Source: Planctomycetota bacterium | GTDB taxonomy: Bacteria > Planctomycetota > UBA1135 > UBA2386 | Direction: 5' to 3' | Length of the DNA stretch: 64,000 bases | Assembly (NCBI GenBank): GCA_046290465.1 | Contig: JBKAGP010000001.1 | Span: 672,001-736,000, forward strand | Part shown: positions 18,297-29,861 of the stretch, piece by piece | How the letters are laid out: each line of letters opens with the position of its first letter | Position numbering within the stretch: the stretch's first letter is position 1 | Position numbers and translations under genes: made by a program | The notes under the pieces: generated by a model | Database searches by the model: none | Told to the model about the DNA's origin: nothing | Seen by the model: the letters and a program-made list of their open reading frames with translations, nothing else

Positions 18297-18555
18297 CGGG
18301 CGGCGAGATGGCTCCAGAACTCGGGGAGTGGAAGATGGCTCCACTGCTCGGCCGGCAGCCGGGGCGTTCCGTGAGCGGTGCATGAAGGTCGCGACCGGCG
18401 CTGGATCTGCGTGCGATCTTGTCCGTTCGTTGGCCGTCGGCTGCGCAGCAGGGCCCGGGCCGGGGGCGGGCGACAAAGCCTGGTGCGCGGCGCCGCAACA
18501 ACCGTCGCGACGCTGGCCAAGCGGACCCCACCCGCTATGCTGCGGGGTTCGAAAC

Positions 18556-21500
18556 TTGGCCACGAACTCGAAAACCACCTCCCGCAGGGCCGCTCCGGCG
18601 GCGCCGAAGCGGGCCCGCAAGAAGGCCCGCAAGAAGGCCCGCAAGAAGGCAGCTGGGGCGCCGGCGCAGGCGCCACAAGTCGTGGTGCGGGGGGCGCGTG
18701 AGCACAACCTGAAGAACGTCGACCTGGCGTTCCCGCGTGATTCGCTGACGACCTTCACGGGCGTCTCGGGCTCCGGCAAGTCGAGCCTCGCGTACCACAC
18801 GATCTACCAGGAGGGCCAGCGGCGCTTCCTGGAGAGCCTGAGTTCGTATGCGCGGCAGTTCCTCGGGCGCATGGAGAAGCCCAAGGTCGACCACGTCGAA
18901 GGCCTGTCGCCGACGGTCTCGATCGACCAGAAGTCGACCAGCCACTCGGCGCGCTCGACGGTCGGCACGCTGACCGAGGTGATGGACTTCCTGCGGCTGT
19001 GCTGGTCGCGGCTGGGCGAGCCGAGCTGTCCCGAGTGCGGCGCGGCGATCGAGTCGTGGTCGCCCGATCGCATCGTCGACGCGATCGTCGCCGAACACGA
19101 CGGCCAGGCCGCGATGGTGCTGGCGCCGGTGGTGCGCGAGCGCAAGGGCGAGTACCGCAAGGAGCTGGTCGAGTGGGCGCAGAAGGGCTTCGTGCGGGCG
19201 CGCATCGACGGCGTCGTGCGCCGCCTCGACGAGGACATCCAGCTCGAACGCTACGTCTAGCACACGATCGAACTGGTCGTCGATCGCCTGACGATCAAGC
19301 CGGAAGTGCGGTCGCGGCTGGCCGAGGCGGTCGAGCAGGCGGTGCAGCTCGGCTGTGGCCTGTGCACGCTGGTCGACGGCAAGGGGCAGGACGACCGGCT
19401 GTTCTCGACCCAGCGCAGCTGCCCGGACGGCCACGGCGCGCTGCCCGAGATGGAGCCGCGGCTGTTCTCGTTCAACAGCCCGATCGGCGCGTGCCCGAGC
19501 TGTGACGGCATCGGCGAGACGTTCGGTTTCGCGCCGGAGCTGTTGGTCCAGGACGAGAACAAGTCGATCCGCGACGGCGCGCTGCACGTGTTCACCGACC
19601 AGGGCCGGCTGGTCTACGGGCGGTTGACGATCGAGCACCTGCAGGGCGTGCTCGAGGCGTTCGGCGGCGACGTCGACACGCCGTGGAAGAAGCTCGGCAA
19701 GCGGGTGCAGAAGGTCGTGCTGCACGGCTCGGGCAAGAAGAAGTTCGAGTTCAAGTGGCAGCGCAAGACCGCGATGTTCACGACCTCGGGCAGCGACAAG
19801 GTCGCGTTCCCCGGCGTGCTCGGCCACCTGGAGAAGGTCTACCGGCCGTCGCGTGCGCGGCACCTGGATCGCTTCCGGGCCGCCACGCCGTGCGCCGAAT
19901 GCGACGGTTCGCGGCTGTCCGCGGCGGCGCGGGCGGTCACGTTCTGCGGCCGCACGTTGCCCGAAGTGCTGGCGATGTCGGTCGACGACGCGCTGGCGTG
20001 GGTGCGTGCGATCGAACTGAGCGGCAACGACCTGCGCATCGGCCGCGACATCCTCAAGGAGATCGACCGGCGGTTGACGTTCCTGGCGGACGTCGGCCTC
20101 GGCTACCTGACGCTGGCGCGCCGCGCCGCGACGCTGTCGGGCGGCGAGTCGCAGCGGATCCGGCTGGCGGCGCAGGTCGGTGCCGGCCTGCGCGGCATCC
20201 TCTACGTGCTTGACGAGCCGAGCATCGGCCTGCACGCGCGCGACCAGCAGCGGCTGCTCCGCACGCTCGAAGCGCTGCGCGACCGCGGCAACACCGTGGT
20301 CGTCGTCGAGCACGACGAGGAGACCATGGAGCGCAGCGACTTCCTGGTCGACGTCGGCCCCGAGGCGGGCGCGCACGGCGGCCGGGTGGTGGCGGCGGGC
20401 ACGCCCGACGAGGTCAAGGACAACCCCGCGTCGATGACCGGCCGCTACCTGCGCGGCGACGTGCAGGTGCCGATGCCGGCCGAACGCCGCCGCGAGGATC
20501 GCGGGGCGCTGCGGGTCCGCGGCGCGCGCCACCACAACCTCGACGGCCTCGACGTCGACCTGCCGCTCGGCCGGCTGACCGCGGTCACTGGGGTTTCGGG
20601 TTCGGGCAAGTCGACGCTGGTGCACCACGTGCTGGTGCCGACGATCAAGGATCACCTCGCCGACAAGGGCGTCGCACCGGCGCACTGCAAGGCGGTCGAC
20701 GGCATCGACCAGATCGACAAGCTGGTCGAGATCGACCAGAAACCGATCGGGCGCACGCCGCGCAGCAACCCGGCGACCTACACCGACGTCTGGACCCACG
20801 TGCGCGACCTGTTCGCGATGCTGCCCGAGTCGCGGCTGCGCGAGTACAAGAAGGGCCGGTTTTCGTTCAACGTCGCCGGCGGCCGCTGCGAGGAGTGCCA
20901 GGGGGCCGGCGTGAAGACGCTGGAGATGAACTTCCTGGCGCCGGTCGAGGTCGTCTGCGAGGAGTGCGCCGGCGCGCGCTTCCACGCCGACACGCTGGCG
21001 ATCCGCTTCAAGGGCAAGAGCGTCTACGACGTGCTCGAGATGACCGTCGAGGATGCCGCGGCGTTCTTCGCGGACCTGCCCAAGATCGCGCGCGGCCTCG
21101 ACGCGCTGCTGGCGGTCGGCCTCGGCTACCTCAAGCTCGGCCAGCCGTCGACGACGCTGTCGGGCGGCGAGGCGCAGCGGGTCAAGCTGGCGACCGAGCT
21201 GCAGCGTCCGGCCACCGGTCAGACGCTCTACATCCTCGACGAGCCGACCACCGGCCTGCACTTCCAGGACGTGGCGCGCCTGCTCGACGCGCTGCAGCGA
21301 CTGGTCGACGCCGGCAACAGCGTGCTGGTCATCGAACACAACCTCGACGTCGTGCGCGCCGCCGACCACCTGATCGACCTCGGCCCGGAGGGCGGCGTCG
21401 GCGGAGGCCGGCTGGTCGCGACCGGCACGCCCGAGGAGGTCGCCGACCTCGACGACTCGCACACCGGCAGGGCGCTGCGCGCGATGGGGCTCGGCAAGAA

Positions 21501-24500
21501 GCGCCGCCGCAAGGCCGCCAGGAAGGCCGGCAGCCAGGAAAGCGACAAGGGTGGGGCCGCGAGCGCGCGCAGCGCGCCGCCCGAGGCGATCTCGGTGCGC
21601 GGCGCGCGCACGCACAACCTGCAGGCGGTCGACTGCGACGTGCCGCTGGGCAGCTTCACGGTCGTCACCGGTCCGTCGGGGTCGGGCAAGTCGAGCCTGG
21701 CGTTCGACACGATCTTCCAGGAAGGGCAGCGCCGTTTCCTCGAGAGCATGTCGACGTACGCGCGCCGCTTCCTCGGCCGCATGGACCAGGCGCCGGTCGA
21801 CAAGCTCGACGGGCTCGGCCCCGCGATCGCGATCGACCAGAAGCGCACCGGCCGGAGTCCGCGCTCGACGGTCGCGACGACCACCGAGATCCACGACTAC
21901 CTGCGTCTGCTCTACGCGCGCACCGGCCGGCACCACTGCCCGACGCACGGCCAGGAACTGGTCGCCTGGTCGCCGAGCAAGGCGGCCGCGCACCTGGTGC
22001 AGCAGCACGCGGGGGCGCGCGCCTACGTGCTGGCGCCGGTGACCGTGCCCGTGCTGAAGGGCAAGGCGGCGGTGCAGTGGCGCGACGCGCTGCTCGAGCA
22101 GTGGCGCACGGCCGGCTTCGTGCGCGCGCTGGTCGACGGCGAAGAGCGGCGCCTCGACGACGACTGGGGGCGCAAGCTGCCCGGTTCGCTCGACCTGGTG
22201 GTGGACCGCACCACGCTGAAGGACCGCACCCGCCTGGCCGACGCGATCGAACAGGCGCAGGCGCAGACCCGCGAGCACGACGGCCAGGTCGCCGCGGTCG
22301 TGCAGGTGGTGCCGAAGGACGCCGAGCCGGAGCGGCACTGGTTCGGGGCCGAGCCGAGCTGCGAGCACTGCGACTACCGCGCGCCCAACGACCCGCACCC
22401 GCGCTGGTTCTCGTTCAACCACCACAGCGGCGCGTGCAGCAGCTGCCTCGGTCTCGGCAAGGTCGTGCTGTGCGCCGAGGAGCTGCTGGTCAACCACCCG
22501 CACAAGCCGGCGTTCGGCGGCGCGATCTCGCACAGGGGCGGCCACTTCACGTTCCTGACCGGGACCGACGGTTACTACCACGAGGTCGCGTCGGCGGTCG
22601 CCGAACGGTTCGGCTTCGAGCTCGAGCAGCCCTGGAACAAGCTGAGCAAGCAGGCGCGCGAGATCCTGCTGCGCGGCGCCGGTGACGAGCGGTTCGAGGT
22701 CGTCTTCAAGAAGGACGACGGCGGCCGCAAGCGCGAATGGCGCATGAAGGTCGCGTGGAAGGGCTTCGCCAGGCAGGTCGAGGACTGGTTCCACGGCCGC
22801 GACGCCGACCACGAGGACGGCGACGATCGGCTGGCCGCGGTGATGCGCAGCGAGCTGTGCCCCGTCTGTGAGGGCGATCGCCTGCAGCCGGGACCGCGGC
22901 ACGTGCGGGTCGGCGGCGTGCGCATGCCGGAGGTGCTGGCGCAGACGGTCGACCAGGCCAGCGAGACGCTGGCGAACCTGCAGCTCGACCGCACCGAGCA
23001 GCGCATCGCGGCCGACGTGCTCAAGGAGCTCGAGCACCGGCTGTCGTTCCTGCGGGAGACCGGCCTCGGCTACCTGTCGCTGGACCGCTCGGCGGCGACG
23101 CTGTCGGGCGGCGAGGCGCAGCGCATCCGGCTGGCGACGCAGCTCGGCAACAAGCTGGTCGGCGTGCTCTACGTGCTCGACGAGCCGACCGTCGGCCTGC
23201 ACCCGCGCGACACCGAGCGGCTGCTGAAGACGCTGCTCGACCTGCGCGACCTCGGCAACACGGTGCTGGCGGTCGAACACGACGAGGTGATGGTGCGCGC
23301 CGCCGACCACGTGCTCGACATCGGGCCGGGTGCCGGCGTGCGCGGCGGCAAGGTCGTCGCCAGCGGCAAGCCGGCCGAGATCGCCGGCAGCGGCACGCTG
23401 ACGGGCCAGTGGCTGAGCGGCACGCTGCCGATCGAACGGCGCGAGGCGCCGCGCGAAGCCGCCGGCTACGTCGAGCTTCGCGAGGTGTCGGTGCACAACC
23501 TCGACCGCGTCGACGTCGACGTGCCGCTCGGCGTGTTCACCGCGATCACCGGCGTGTCCGGCTCGGGCAAGTCGTCCTTGGTGATGGACGCGCTGGTGCC
23601 GCAGCTCAAGGACGGCAGCGTCGACGTCGTCTGGAACGACGAGGAAGAACGGCACCACCAGCTGATCGTGGTCGACCAGTCGCCGATCGGGGTGTCCCCG
23701 TCGAGCAACCCGGCGACCTACACCAAGGCGTTCGGGCCGATCCGCGAGCTGTTCGCGGCGACCCCGCTGGCGCGCCAGAAGGGCTTCGGCGCCGGTCGGT
23801 TCTCGTACCACGTCGCCGCCGGCCGCTGCGCCAACTGCGAGGGCAAGGGGCAGATCCAGGTCGAGATGCACTTCCTCGCCGACGTCTGGGTGACCTGCGA
23901 GATCTGCCGCGGCAAGCGCTACAACCAGGAGACGCTGACGGTCGAGTACCGCGGCAAGAACATCGCCGACGTGCTGGCGATGGACGTCGACGAGGCGCTG
24001 CAGTTCTTCGGCAACCACAAGAAGATCGTGCGGCCGCTGCAGCTGCTGCACGACGTCGGCCTCGGCTACCTGACGCTCGGCCAGCCGGCCAACACGTTCT
24101 CGGGCGGTGAGGCGCAGCGGATCAAGCTGTGCGCCGAGCTGCAGCGCCGGCCGAGCGCGCACACGATCTACGTGCTCGACGAGCCGACCACCGGCCTGCA
24201 CGCCGACGACGTGCAGAAGCTGCTGCGCGTGCTGCAGCGGTTGCTCGATCGCGGCGACTCGGTGATCTGCATCGAGCACCACCTCGACGTGATCGCCGCC
24301 GCCGACCACGTGATCGAGATGGGGCCCGAGGCCGGCGACGGCGGTGGACGCTGCGTCGCCGCGGGAACCCCCGAAGCGCTCAGCAGGATCCAGGCCAGCC
24401 ACACCGGCCGGTTCCTGAAGGACCACCTGCAGGCGCTCGCCACCGCGGGCGCAACGGCCAGCGAGAAGGCGGCGCCGCGGAAGAAGGGCGCTCGGAAGAC

Positions 24501-24705
24501 GGGCGCGACGAAGAAGGCGCCCGCGAAGAAGGCCCCCGCGAAGAAGGCCCCCGCGAAGAAGGTCCAGAAGAAGAAGGTCCAGAAGAAGAAGGCCCAGTCC
24601 AAAAAGGCCCAGACGAAGAAGGCCCCGAACACCACGGGGCAGCAGCAGAAGGCTCAGGGAGCGCGGCGCAGCGCGTCGCGCAAGACCCGAGAGGAGATCG
24701 GATGA
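18556..24705 (+). pseudogene. uvrA: double-length excinuclease ABC subunit UvrA interrupted by one in-frame TAG (19258-19260)
   Basis: ORFs 18130..19260 and 19306..24705 share a frame. Four Walker A (GxSGSGKS) and four SGGE signatures plus Zn fingers. Reads ERYV*HTIELVVDRL across the stop. Pseudogene versus sequencing error is unresolved. Confidence 0.85.
24511..24630 (+). repeat. 15-bp coding tandem repeat (KKAPA/KKVQK) x8 in the UvrA tail
   Basis: AAGAAGGC(G/C)CCCGCG x3, AAGAAGGTCCAGAAG x2 and three further variants. Confidence 0.85.
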
Positions 24706-26387
24706 CGGAACCCCCTCTGATCGTTCAGGCCGACGGCGCGGTGCTGCTCGAGACGCAGCACCCTCAATACGAACCGGCGCGCGAACGGCTGGCCAGCTTC
24801 GCCGAACTGGAGAAGTCGCCGGAGTACGTGCACTTCTACCGGATCACGCCGATCAGCATCTGGAACGCCGCGGCGCTCGGCGAGTCGGCGGACGAGGTGC
24901 TGCGCTGGCTCGAGGACCACGCGCGGTTCCCGATCGCCAAGGAGGTCACCGAGCGCATCGCCGAGTGGTTCCGCCGCTACGGGCTGCTGCGCCTCGAGCG
25001 GGTCGACGACGAACAGCTGCACCTGCGCAGCCGCGACGCCGAGCTGCTGCAGGAACTCGCCGAGCATCCGCGGCTCGAAAAGCTGGTCACGTTCGACCAG
25101 CGCGGCCGCGCGTTCGTCGCCGCGGGCCAGCGCGGCGAGGTCAAGCAGGAGCTGGTGCGGCTCGGCTATCCGGTCGACGACCGCGGCGGCTACCGCACCG
25201 GCACCGACCTCGCGTTCGGGCTCGCCGACCGCGACGGCTTCGCGCTGCGCGACTACCAGTCGGCGGCCGCCGAGGCGTTCCACATGGGCGGCACCGATCA
25301 GGGCGGCTGTGGCGTCGTGGTGCTGCCGTGCGGTGCCGGCAAGACCGTCGTCGGCATCGCCGCGATGCACCTGCTGCAGACCAATACGCTGGTGCTGACC
25401 ACCAACACCGTCGCGGTCCGCCAGTGGGTGCGCGAGATCCTCGACAAGACCGGCCTCGCCGCAGACCAGGTGGGGGAATACACCGGCGAGAACAAGCAGA
25501 TCCGGCCGGTGACGGTCGCGACCTACCAGATCCTGACGCACCGCAAGGGCAAGCTCGACGGCTTCACGCACCTCGACCTGTTCGACCGCGGCGACTTCGG
25601 CCTGATCGTCTACGACGAGGTGCACCTGCTGCCGGCGCCGGTGTTCCGCGCCACCGCGGGAATTCAGGCGCGCCGTCGGCTGGGGCTGACCGCGACGCTG
25701 GTGCGCGAGGACGGCCGCCAGGACGAGGTGTTCTCGTTGATCGGCCCGAAGCGCTACGAGCTGCCGTGGAAGCACCTCGAACAGCAGGGCTTCCTGGCGG
25801 TCGCGCGCTGCCACGAGGTGCGGGTGCCGCTCGGCGACGAACGCCGCCAGCGCTACGACGCGGCCACCGCGCGCAACCAGATCCGGATCGCCGCCGACAA
25901 CGAGCGCAAGCACGATGTCGTCGGCCGGCTGCTGCGCGTGCACCAGGACGACCGGGTGCTGGTGATCGGGCAGTACCTGGAGCAGTTGAAGCAGCTGTCG
26001 ACGCTGTTCGGGATCCCGCTGATCACCGGCCAGACCAACAACGCCGAGCGCGACCGCCTCTACGCGGCGTTCCGCAGCGGCGAGGTGCCGCACCTGATCG
26101 TCAGCAAGGTCGGCAACTTCGCGGTCGACCTGCCCGACGCCAACGTCGCGATCCAGGTCAGCGGCACGTTCGGCAGCCGCCAGGAGGAGGCGCAGCGGCT
26201 CGGTCGGGTGCTGCGACCGAAGGCGGACGGCGGCACCGCGACCTTCTACACGCTGGTCAGCGAGGAGACGCGCGAGCAGGAGTTCGCACGCAAGCGGCAG
26301 CTGTTCCTGACCGAGCAGGGCTACGCCTACGAGATCCTGGCCAGCGGGCAACTGCCGGACGCGAACGGTCGCGAGGTGCGCGCATGA
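24702..26387 (+). CDS. bacterial XPB/Ssl2-like DNA repair helicase
   Basis: PLIVQADGAVLLE, ELEKSPEYVHFYRITP, LPCGAGKT, DEVH and SRQEEAQRLGR. ATGA overlap with uvrA. Confidence 0.93.
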   Translation: MTEPPLIVQADGAVLLETQHPQYEPARERLASFAELEKSPEYVHFYRITPISIWNAAALGESADEVLRWLEDHARFPIAKEVTERIAEWFRRYGLLRLERVDDEQLHLRSRDAELLQELAEHPRLEKLVTFDQRGRAFVAAGQRGEVKQELVRLGYPVDDRGGYRTGTDLAFGLADRDGFALRDYQSAAAEAFHMGGTDQGGCGVVVLPCGAGKTVVGIAAMHLLQTNTLVLTTNTVAVRQWVREILDKTGLAADQVGEYTGENKQIRPVTVATYQILTHRKGKLDGFTHLDLFDRGDFGLIVYDEVHLLPAPVFRATAGIQARRRLGLTATLVREDGRQDEVFSLIGPKRYELPWKHLEQQGFLAVARCHEVRVPLGDERRQRYDAATARNQIRIAADNERKHDVVGRLLRVHQDDRVLVIGQYLEQLKQLSTLFGIPLITGQTNNAERDRLYAAFRSGEVPHLIVSKVGNFAVDLPDANVAIQVSGTFGSRQEEAQRLGRVLRPKADGGTATFYTLVSEETREQEFARKRQLFLTEQGYAYEILASGQLPDANGREVRA

Positions 26388-28252
26388 GCCGGTTGAGCCT
26401 GCGAGTGTTGCTGCGCGACAGCGAGGCCGAGGTGCAGACCGAGTGCCTGCGGCGCTGGTGCAGCGACCAGGACGAGAAGAAGCTGGTCGGGCGCACCGGC
26501 AAGCCGGTGCTCGGCAGGGCCAGCACCGCGATGGAGGACGAAGGCCTGGTGCTGCAGCGCATCGGCACGCTGCCGCGCAAGCTGCAGGACCTGCTCGAGG
26601 TGTTCTTCGCCGACGCCGGCGCGGTGCGCACCGTGCAGGCGCTGTTCGCCGACTTCGGCAAGAACTTCAAGAGCCGGTTCGACCTGGAGGCGTCGCTGGC
26701 GGCGCTGCACCGCGAGGCGTTCGTGTGGCCGGTCAAGGACAAGCGCTGGGCGCACTACGACAGCCCGGCGTGGGCGGCGCCGAGCGAGCTGGTCGAGTGC
26801 GTGCGCAGCTACCGCGAACGTCGCCAGCGGCAGCTGCCCGACACGTTGACGCTGCAGGGCTTCCTCGAGGCGCGGTACTTCCAGAAGCACAAGCAGGACA
26901 AGGGCACGCAGAAGGAAAAGGAGCAGAAAGCCGCCGACCACGCGCGCAAGATCTACAAGCTCTACACGCTCGAGAGCGCGATGCAGCAGCGCCTCGACAA
27001 GCTCCCCGAGCACGTGCGCGAGCTGGTCGACGTGACGCTGCACACCCACGGCGGCATCGCCAGCTACGAGGATCTGACCAGCGAGGTCGACCTGAAGTCA
27101 CCGCCCGACTTCGAACTGCTCGGCAAGAGCCTCGAGGAGGCGATGCTCGGCACCACCGCCAACCTCGACCTGGCCCGCGTCGGCATCCAGCCGTACGAGC
27201 ACGGCGTGGTGGTGTTCCACGAGGTCGCGCTGTGGGCGATCCGCAAGCGCGGCGAGGAGCACCGGCCCGAGGTCGAGCAGGAGCTCAGCGCCAAGAGCGA
27301 CCTCAGCAGCAACGTCTGCCGGTTCCTGCGCGAACTGCAGCAGAGCAAGGTGCTGTTCACCGCCGAGGGCGAGCTGTTCAAGGCGTCGGCCAAGCGCATC
27401 GCCGGCACGCTGCTGTCGATCCCGGGCGGCTTCCTGCCGGCGGACTCGATGCTCGAGATGATCTACCGGTTCTGCCTGCAGCGCCGGCTGATCGACCGTC
27501 GCGGCGAACGTTCGCTGCGGCCGACCCCGACCGGCCTGCAGTTCGAGCGCGCCACGCTGACCGACCAGCTCAAGCTGCTGCTCGGCCACTTCGTCGAGGA
27601 CCGCACGCTGCCCGGCGAGGCGTTCCACCACACGCGCATGCGGCGCGTGCTGCTGCGGCTGCTGCGCCGCGCCGAGCCGCTGCTGTGGCAGGACGTCGCG
27701 GTGCTGCCGTTCCTGACGCGCAACGCTTACCTGTCGCAGCTCGATTCGCAGGCGGCCGAGGAGTTCTTCGCGGCGCGCTTCCAGGGCGGCGCCTACACGC
27801 CCAGCGAGTCGCTGCAGCAGATGGCCTGGAACCTGCTCATCTGGATCAAGAAGCGGCTGTTCCCGCTCGGCCTCGTCGACGTCGCGATGACCGGCGGCCG
27901 GGTGACCGCGCTGCGGCTGTCGCAGCTCGGCGCCGAACTGCTCGACGCGGAGCCGGCGACCAAGGTCGGCGGCACGCGGTGCTCGGTGATCGTGCAGCCG
28001 GACTTCGAGATCCTCGTATTCCCGGGCGACGACGTGCACGACGTGCTGCACCTGTTCGACCGGTTCGCCACCCGCACCAAGAGCGACCACGTCTACCAGT
28101 TCACGATCGATCGCGAGAGCGTCGAAGCCGGCATCGAGGATGGCCTCACCGGAGCGCAGATCGTGCAGGAGCTGACCGATCGCGCGCGCGCGCCGCTGCC
28201 CCAGAACGTGCTCTACAGCCTCGAGGACTGGTCCGACAAACCCTCGCGCTGA
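26384..28252 (+). CDS. XPB-associated protein with C-terminal Helicase_C_3-like domain
   Basis: C-terminal IVQPDFEILV...VYQFTIDRESVEAGIEDG...PLPQNVLYSLEDW. ATGA overlap with XPB. Confidence 0.8.
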   Translation: MSRLSLRVLLRDSEAEVQTECLRRWCSDQDEKKLVGRTGKPVLGRASTAMEDEGLVLQRIGTLPRKLQDLLEVFFADAGAVRTVQALFADFGKNFKSRFDLEASLAALHREAFVWPVKDKRWAHYDSPAWAAPSELVECVRSYRERRQRQLPDTLTLQGFLEARYFQKHKQDKGTQKEKEQKAADHARKIYKLYTLESAMQQRLDKLPEHVRELVDVTLHTHGGIASYEDLTSEVDLKSPPDFELLGKSLEEAMLGTTANLDLARVGIQPYEHGVVVFHEVALWAIRKRGEEHRPEVEQELSAKSDLSSNVCRFLRELQQSKVLFTAEGELFKASAKRIAGTLLSIPGGFLPADSMLEMIYRFCLQRRLIDRRGERSLRPTPTGLQFERATLTDQLKLLLGHFVEDRTLPGEAFHHTRMRRVLLRLLRRAEPLLWQDVAVLPFLTRNAYLSQLDSQAAEEFFAARFQGGAYTPSESLQQMAWNLLIWIKKRLFPLGLVDVAMTGGRVTALRLSQLGAELLDAEPATKVGGTRCSVIVQPDFEILVFPGDDVHDVLHLFDRFATRTKSDHVYQFTIDRESVEAGIEDGLTGAQIVQELTDRARAPLPQNVLYSLEDWSDKPSR

Positions 28253-28371
28253 TCCGAACTGAGACGCATCGATGAAGCCCATGCAAAGGGCTTCACGGTC
28301 CGCTGCTTCGGTTTTGCCGATGCACCGTCTGCCGATGATGGTAATTGTTCGCTGCCGCCGCGCGCCTCTCC

Positions 28372-29835
28372 ATGCCGACCCCCAAGTTGAACGAAGCCCC
28401 CGAGATCCTCGTGCTCGGAGCCGGCCCTGCGGGCCTCGCCTGCGCGATGGAGCTGTCGCGCAAGGGCAAGACGTGCACCGTCGTCGAACGTGACGAGCAG
28501 ATCGGTGGCCTCGCCAAGACGCTGACCGTGCGGGAGGGCGACGACGTCTTCCTGACCGACATCGGCCCGCACCGGTTCTTCTCCAAGAACCAGTACCTCT
28601 ACGACTTCATCGAGGACCTGCTCGAGGAGGAGTGGCGGCGCGTGCCGCGCCTGACCCGCCAGTTCGTCGACGGCAAGTACTACAACTACCCCGTCAACTT
28701 CGGCCAGGTCGTCAAGAACCTCGGCTTCTGGAAGAGCGCGCGGGTCGGCATCGACTACTTCGTGGCGCGGCTGCGCTACGACGTGTTCGGCAAGCCGCTG
28801 AAGACGTTCGAGGACTACGTCGTCGCGAACTTCGGCCGCACGCTGGCCGAGTTCTCGATGATCAACTACAGCGAGAAGATCTGGGGCATCCCGTGCGCCG
28901 AGATCCACCCCGACTGGGCCAAGCAGCGCATCAGCGGGCTCAACCTGTGGAGCGTGCTGCAGAAGGCGATCGGGCTCGGTGGCAAGAAGGGCCCGAAGTC
29001 GCTGGTCGACGAGTTCTACTACCCGCAGTTCGGCACCGGCCGGATCTACGAGGAGATCGGCAAGCACCTGGTCGAGACCGGCACCGAGATCAAGACGCAC
29101 AGCCGACCGATCGCGGTCCGTCACGACGGCAAGCGCGTTCGTGAGGTCGACATCGAGACACCCGAGGGCGTGCAGACCGTCAAGCCGCAGAGCGTGGTCG
29201 AGTCGGTGCCGCTGACCGCGTTCCTCGACCTGCTCGATCCGAAGCCGCCGCAGCAGGTGCTCGACGCCGCCAACAACCTGCGCTGGCGCAGCCAGATCTA
29301 CCTGTTCCTGACGCTCGACAAGGAGCAGGTCACCGAGGACAACTGGATCTACTTCCCGCAGAAGGACATCCCGTTCGGTCGCACCTCGGAGATGAAGAAC
29401 TTCAGCAAGGACATGTGCCCCGAGGGCAAGACGTCCTTCTTCATCGAGTTCTTCGCGTTCGAGACCGACGAGCTGTGGACGATGTCGAAGGAGCAGATCC
29501 TCGACATGGTGATGCCGTACTTCGAGAAGTGGGGCTTCTTCACGCGCGACGAGATCCGCCAGACGTACCTGTGGAAGCGCAGCCACGTCTACCCCGTCTA
29601 CGACACGACCTACAAGGGCAACGTCGAGACCATCCGCGACTACCTCGACCAGATCGAGAACCTGATCTACGTCGGTCGCCCCGGCCGCTTCCGCTACACC
29701 AACCAGGACCACAGCCTGGAGATGGGCATCATCGCCAGCCGCATGATCCTCGAAGGCCGGCGCTACGACATGGACACGGTCGGCGCCGAGAACGAGTACT
29801 TCGAGAAGGGCCCGATCTACGAGAAGCGGATCTGA
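28372..29835 (+). CDS. FAD-dependent oxidoreductase (protoporphyrinogen oxidase/UDP-galactopyranose mutase-like)
   Basis: GAGPAGL, DIGPHRFFSK, YSEKIWG and GRPGRFRYTNQDHS. Confidence 0.85.
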   Translation: MPTPKLNEAPEILVLGAGPAGLACAMELSRKGKTCTVVERDEQIGGLAKTLTVREGDDVFLTDIGPHRFFSKNQYLYDFIEDLLEEEWRRVPRLTRQFVDGKYYNYPVNFGQVVKNLGFWKSARVGIDYFVARLRYDVFGKPLKTFEDYVVANFGRTLAEFSMINYSEKIWGIPCAEIHPDWAKQRISGLNLWSVLQKAIGLGGKKGPKSLVDEFYYPQFGTGRIYEEIGKHLVETGTEIKTHSRPIAVRHDGKRVREVDIETPEGVQTVKPQSVVESVPLTAFLDLLDPKPPQQVLDAANNLRWRSQIYLFLTLDKEQVTEDNWIYFPQKDIPFGRTSEMKNFSKDMCPEGKTSFFIEFFAFETDELWTMSKEQILDMVMPYFEKWGFFTRDEIRQTYLWKRSHVYPVYDTTYKGNVETIRDYLDQIENLIYVGRPGRFRYTNQDHSLEMGIIASRMILEGRRYDMDTVGAENEYFEKGPIYEKRI

Positions 29836-29861
29836 GGCGATTGGCCTGGCATGCGCGGCGC

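Noticed and set aside
19258..19260. Genome-wide TAG reassignment or pyrrolysine coding
   Set aside because: TAG terminates several clear genes here, no other gene shows an internal TAG, and no pyl genes are in the window.
18535..24426. 1963-aa antisense ORF opposite uvrA, and many other long shadow ORFs
   Set aside because: Expected from high GC3 bias, which leaves few stops in antisense and alternative frames. No recognisable motifs.
29836..29861. TPP riboswitch before thiE
   Set aside because: The gap is only 26 nt and shows no TPP consensus.
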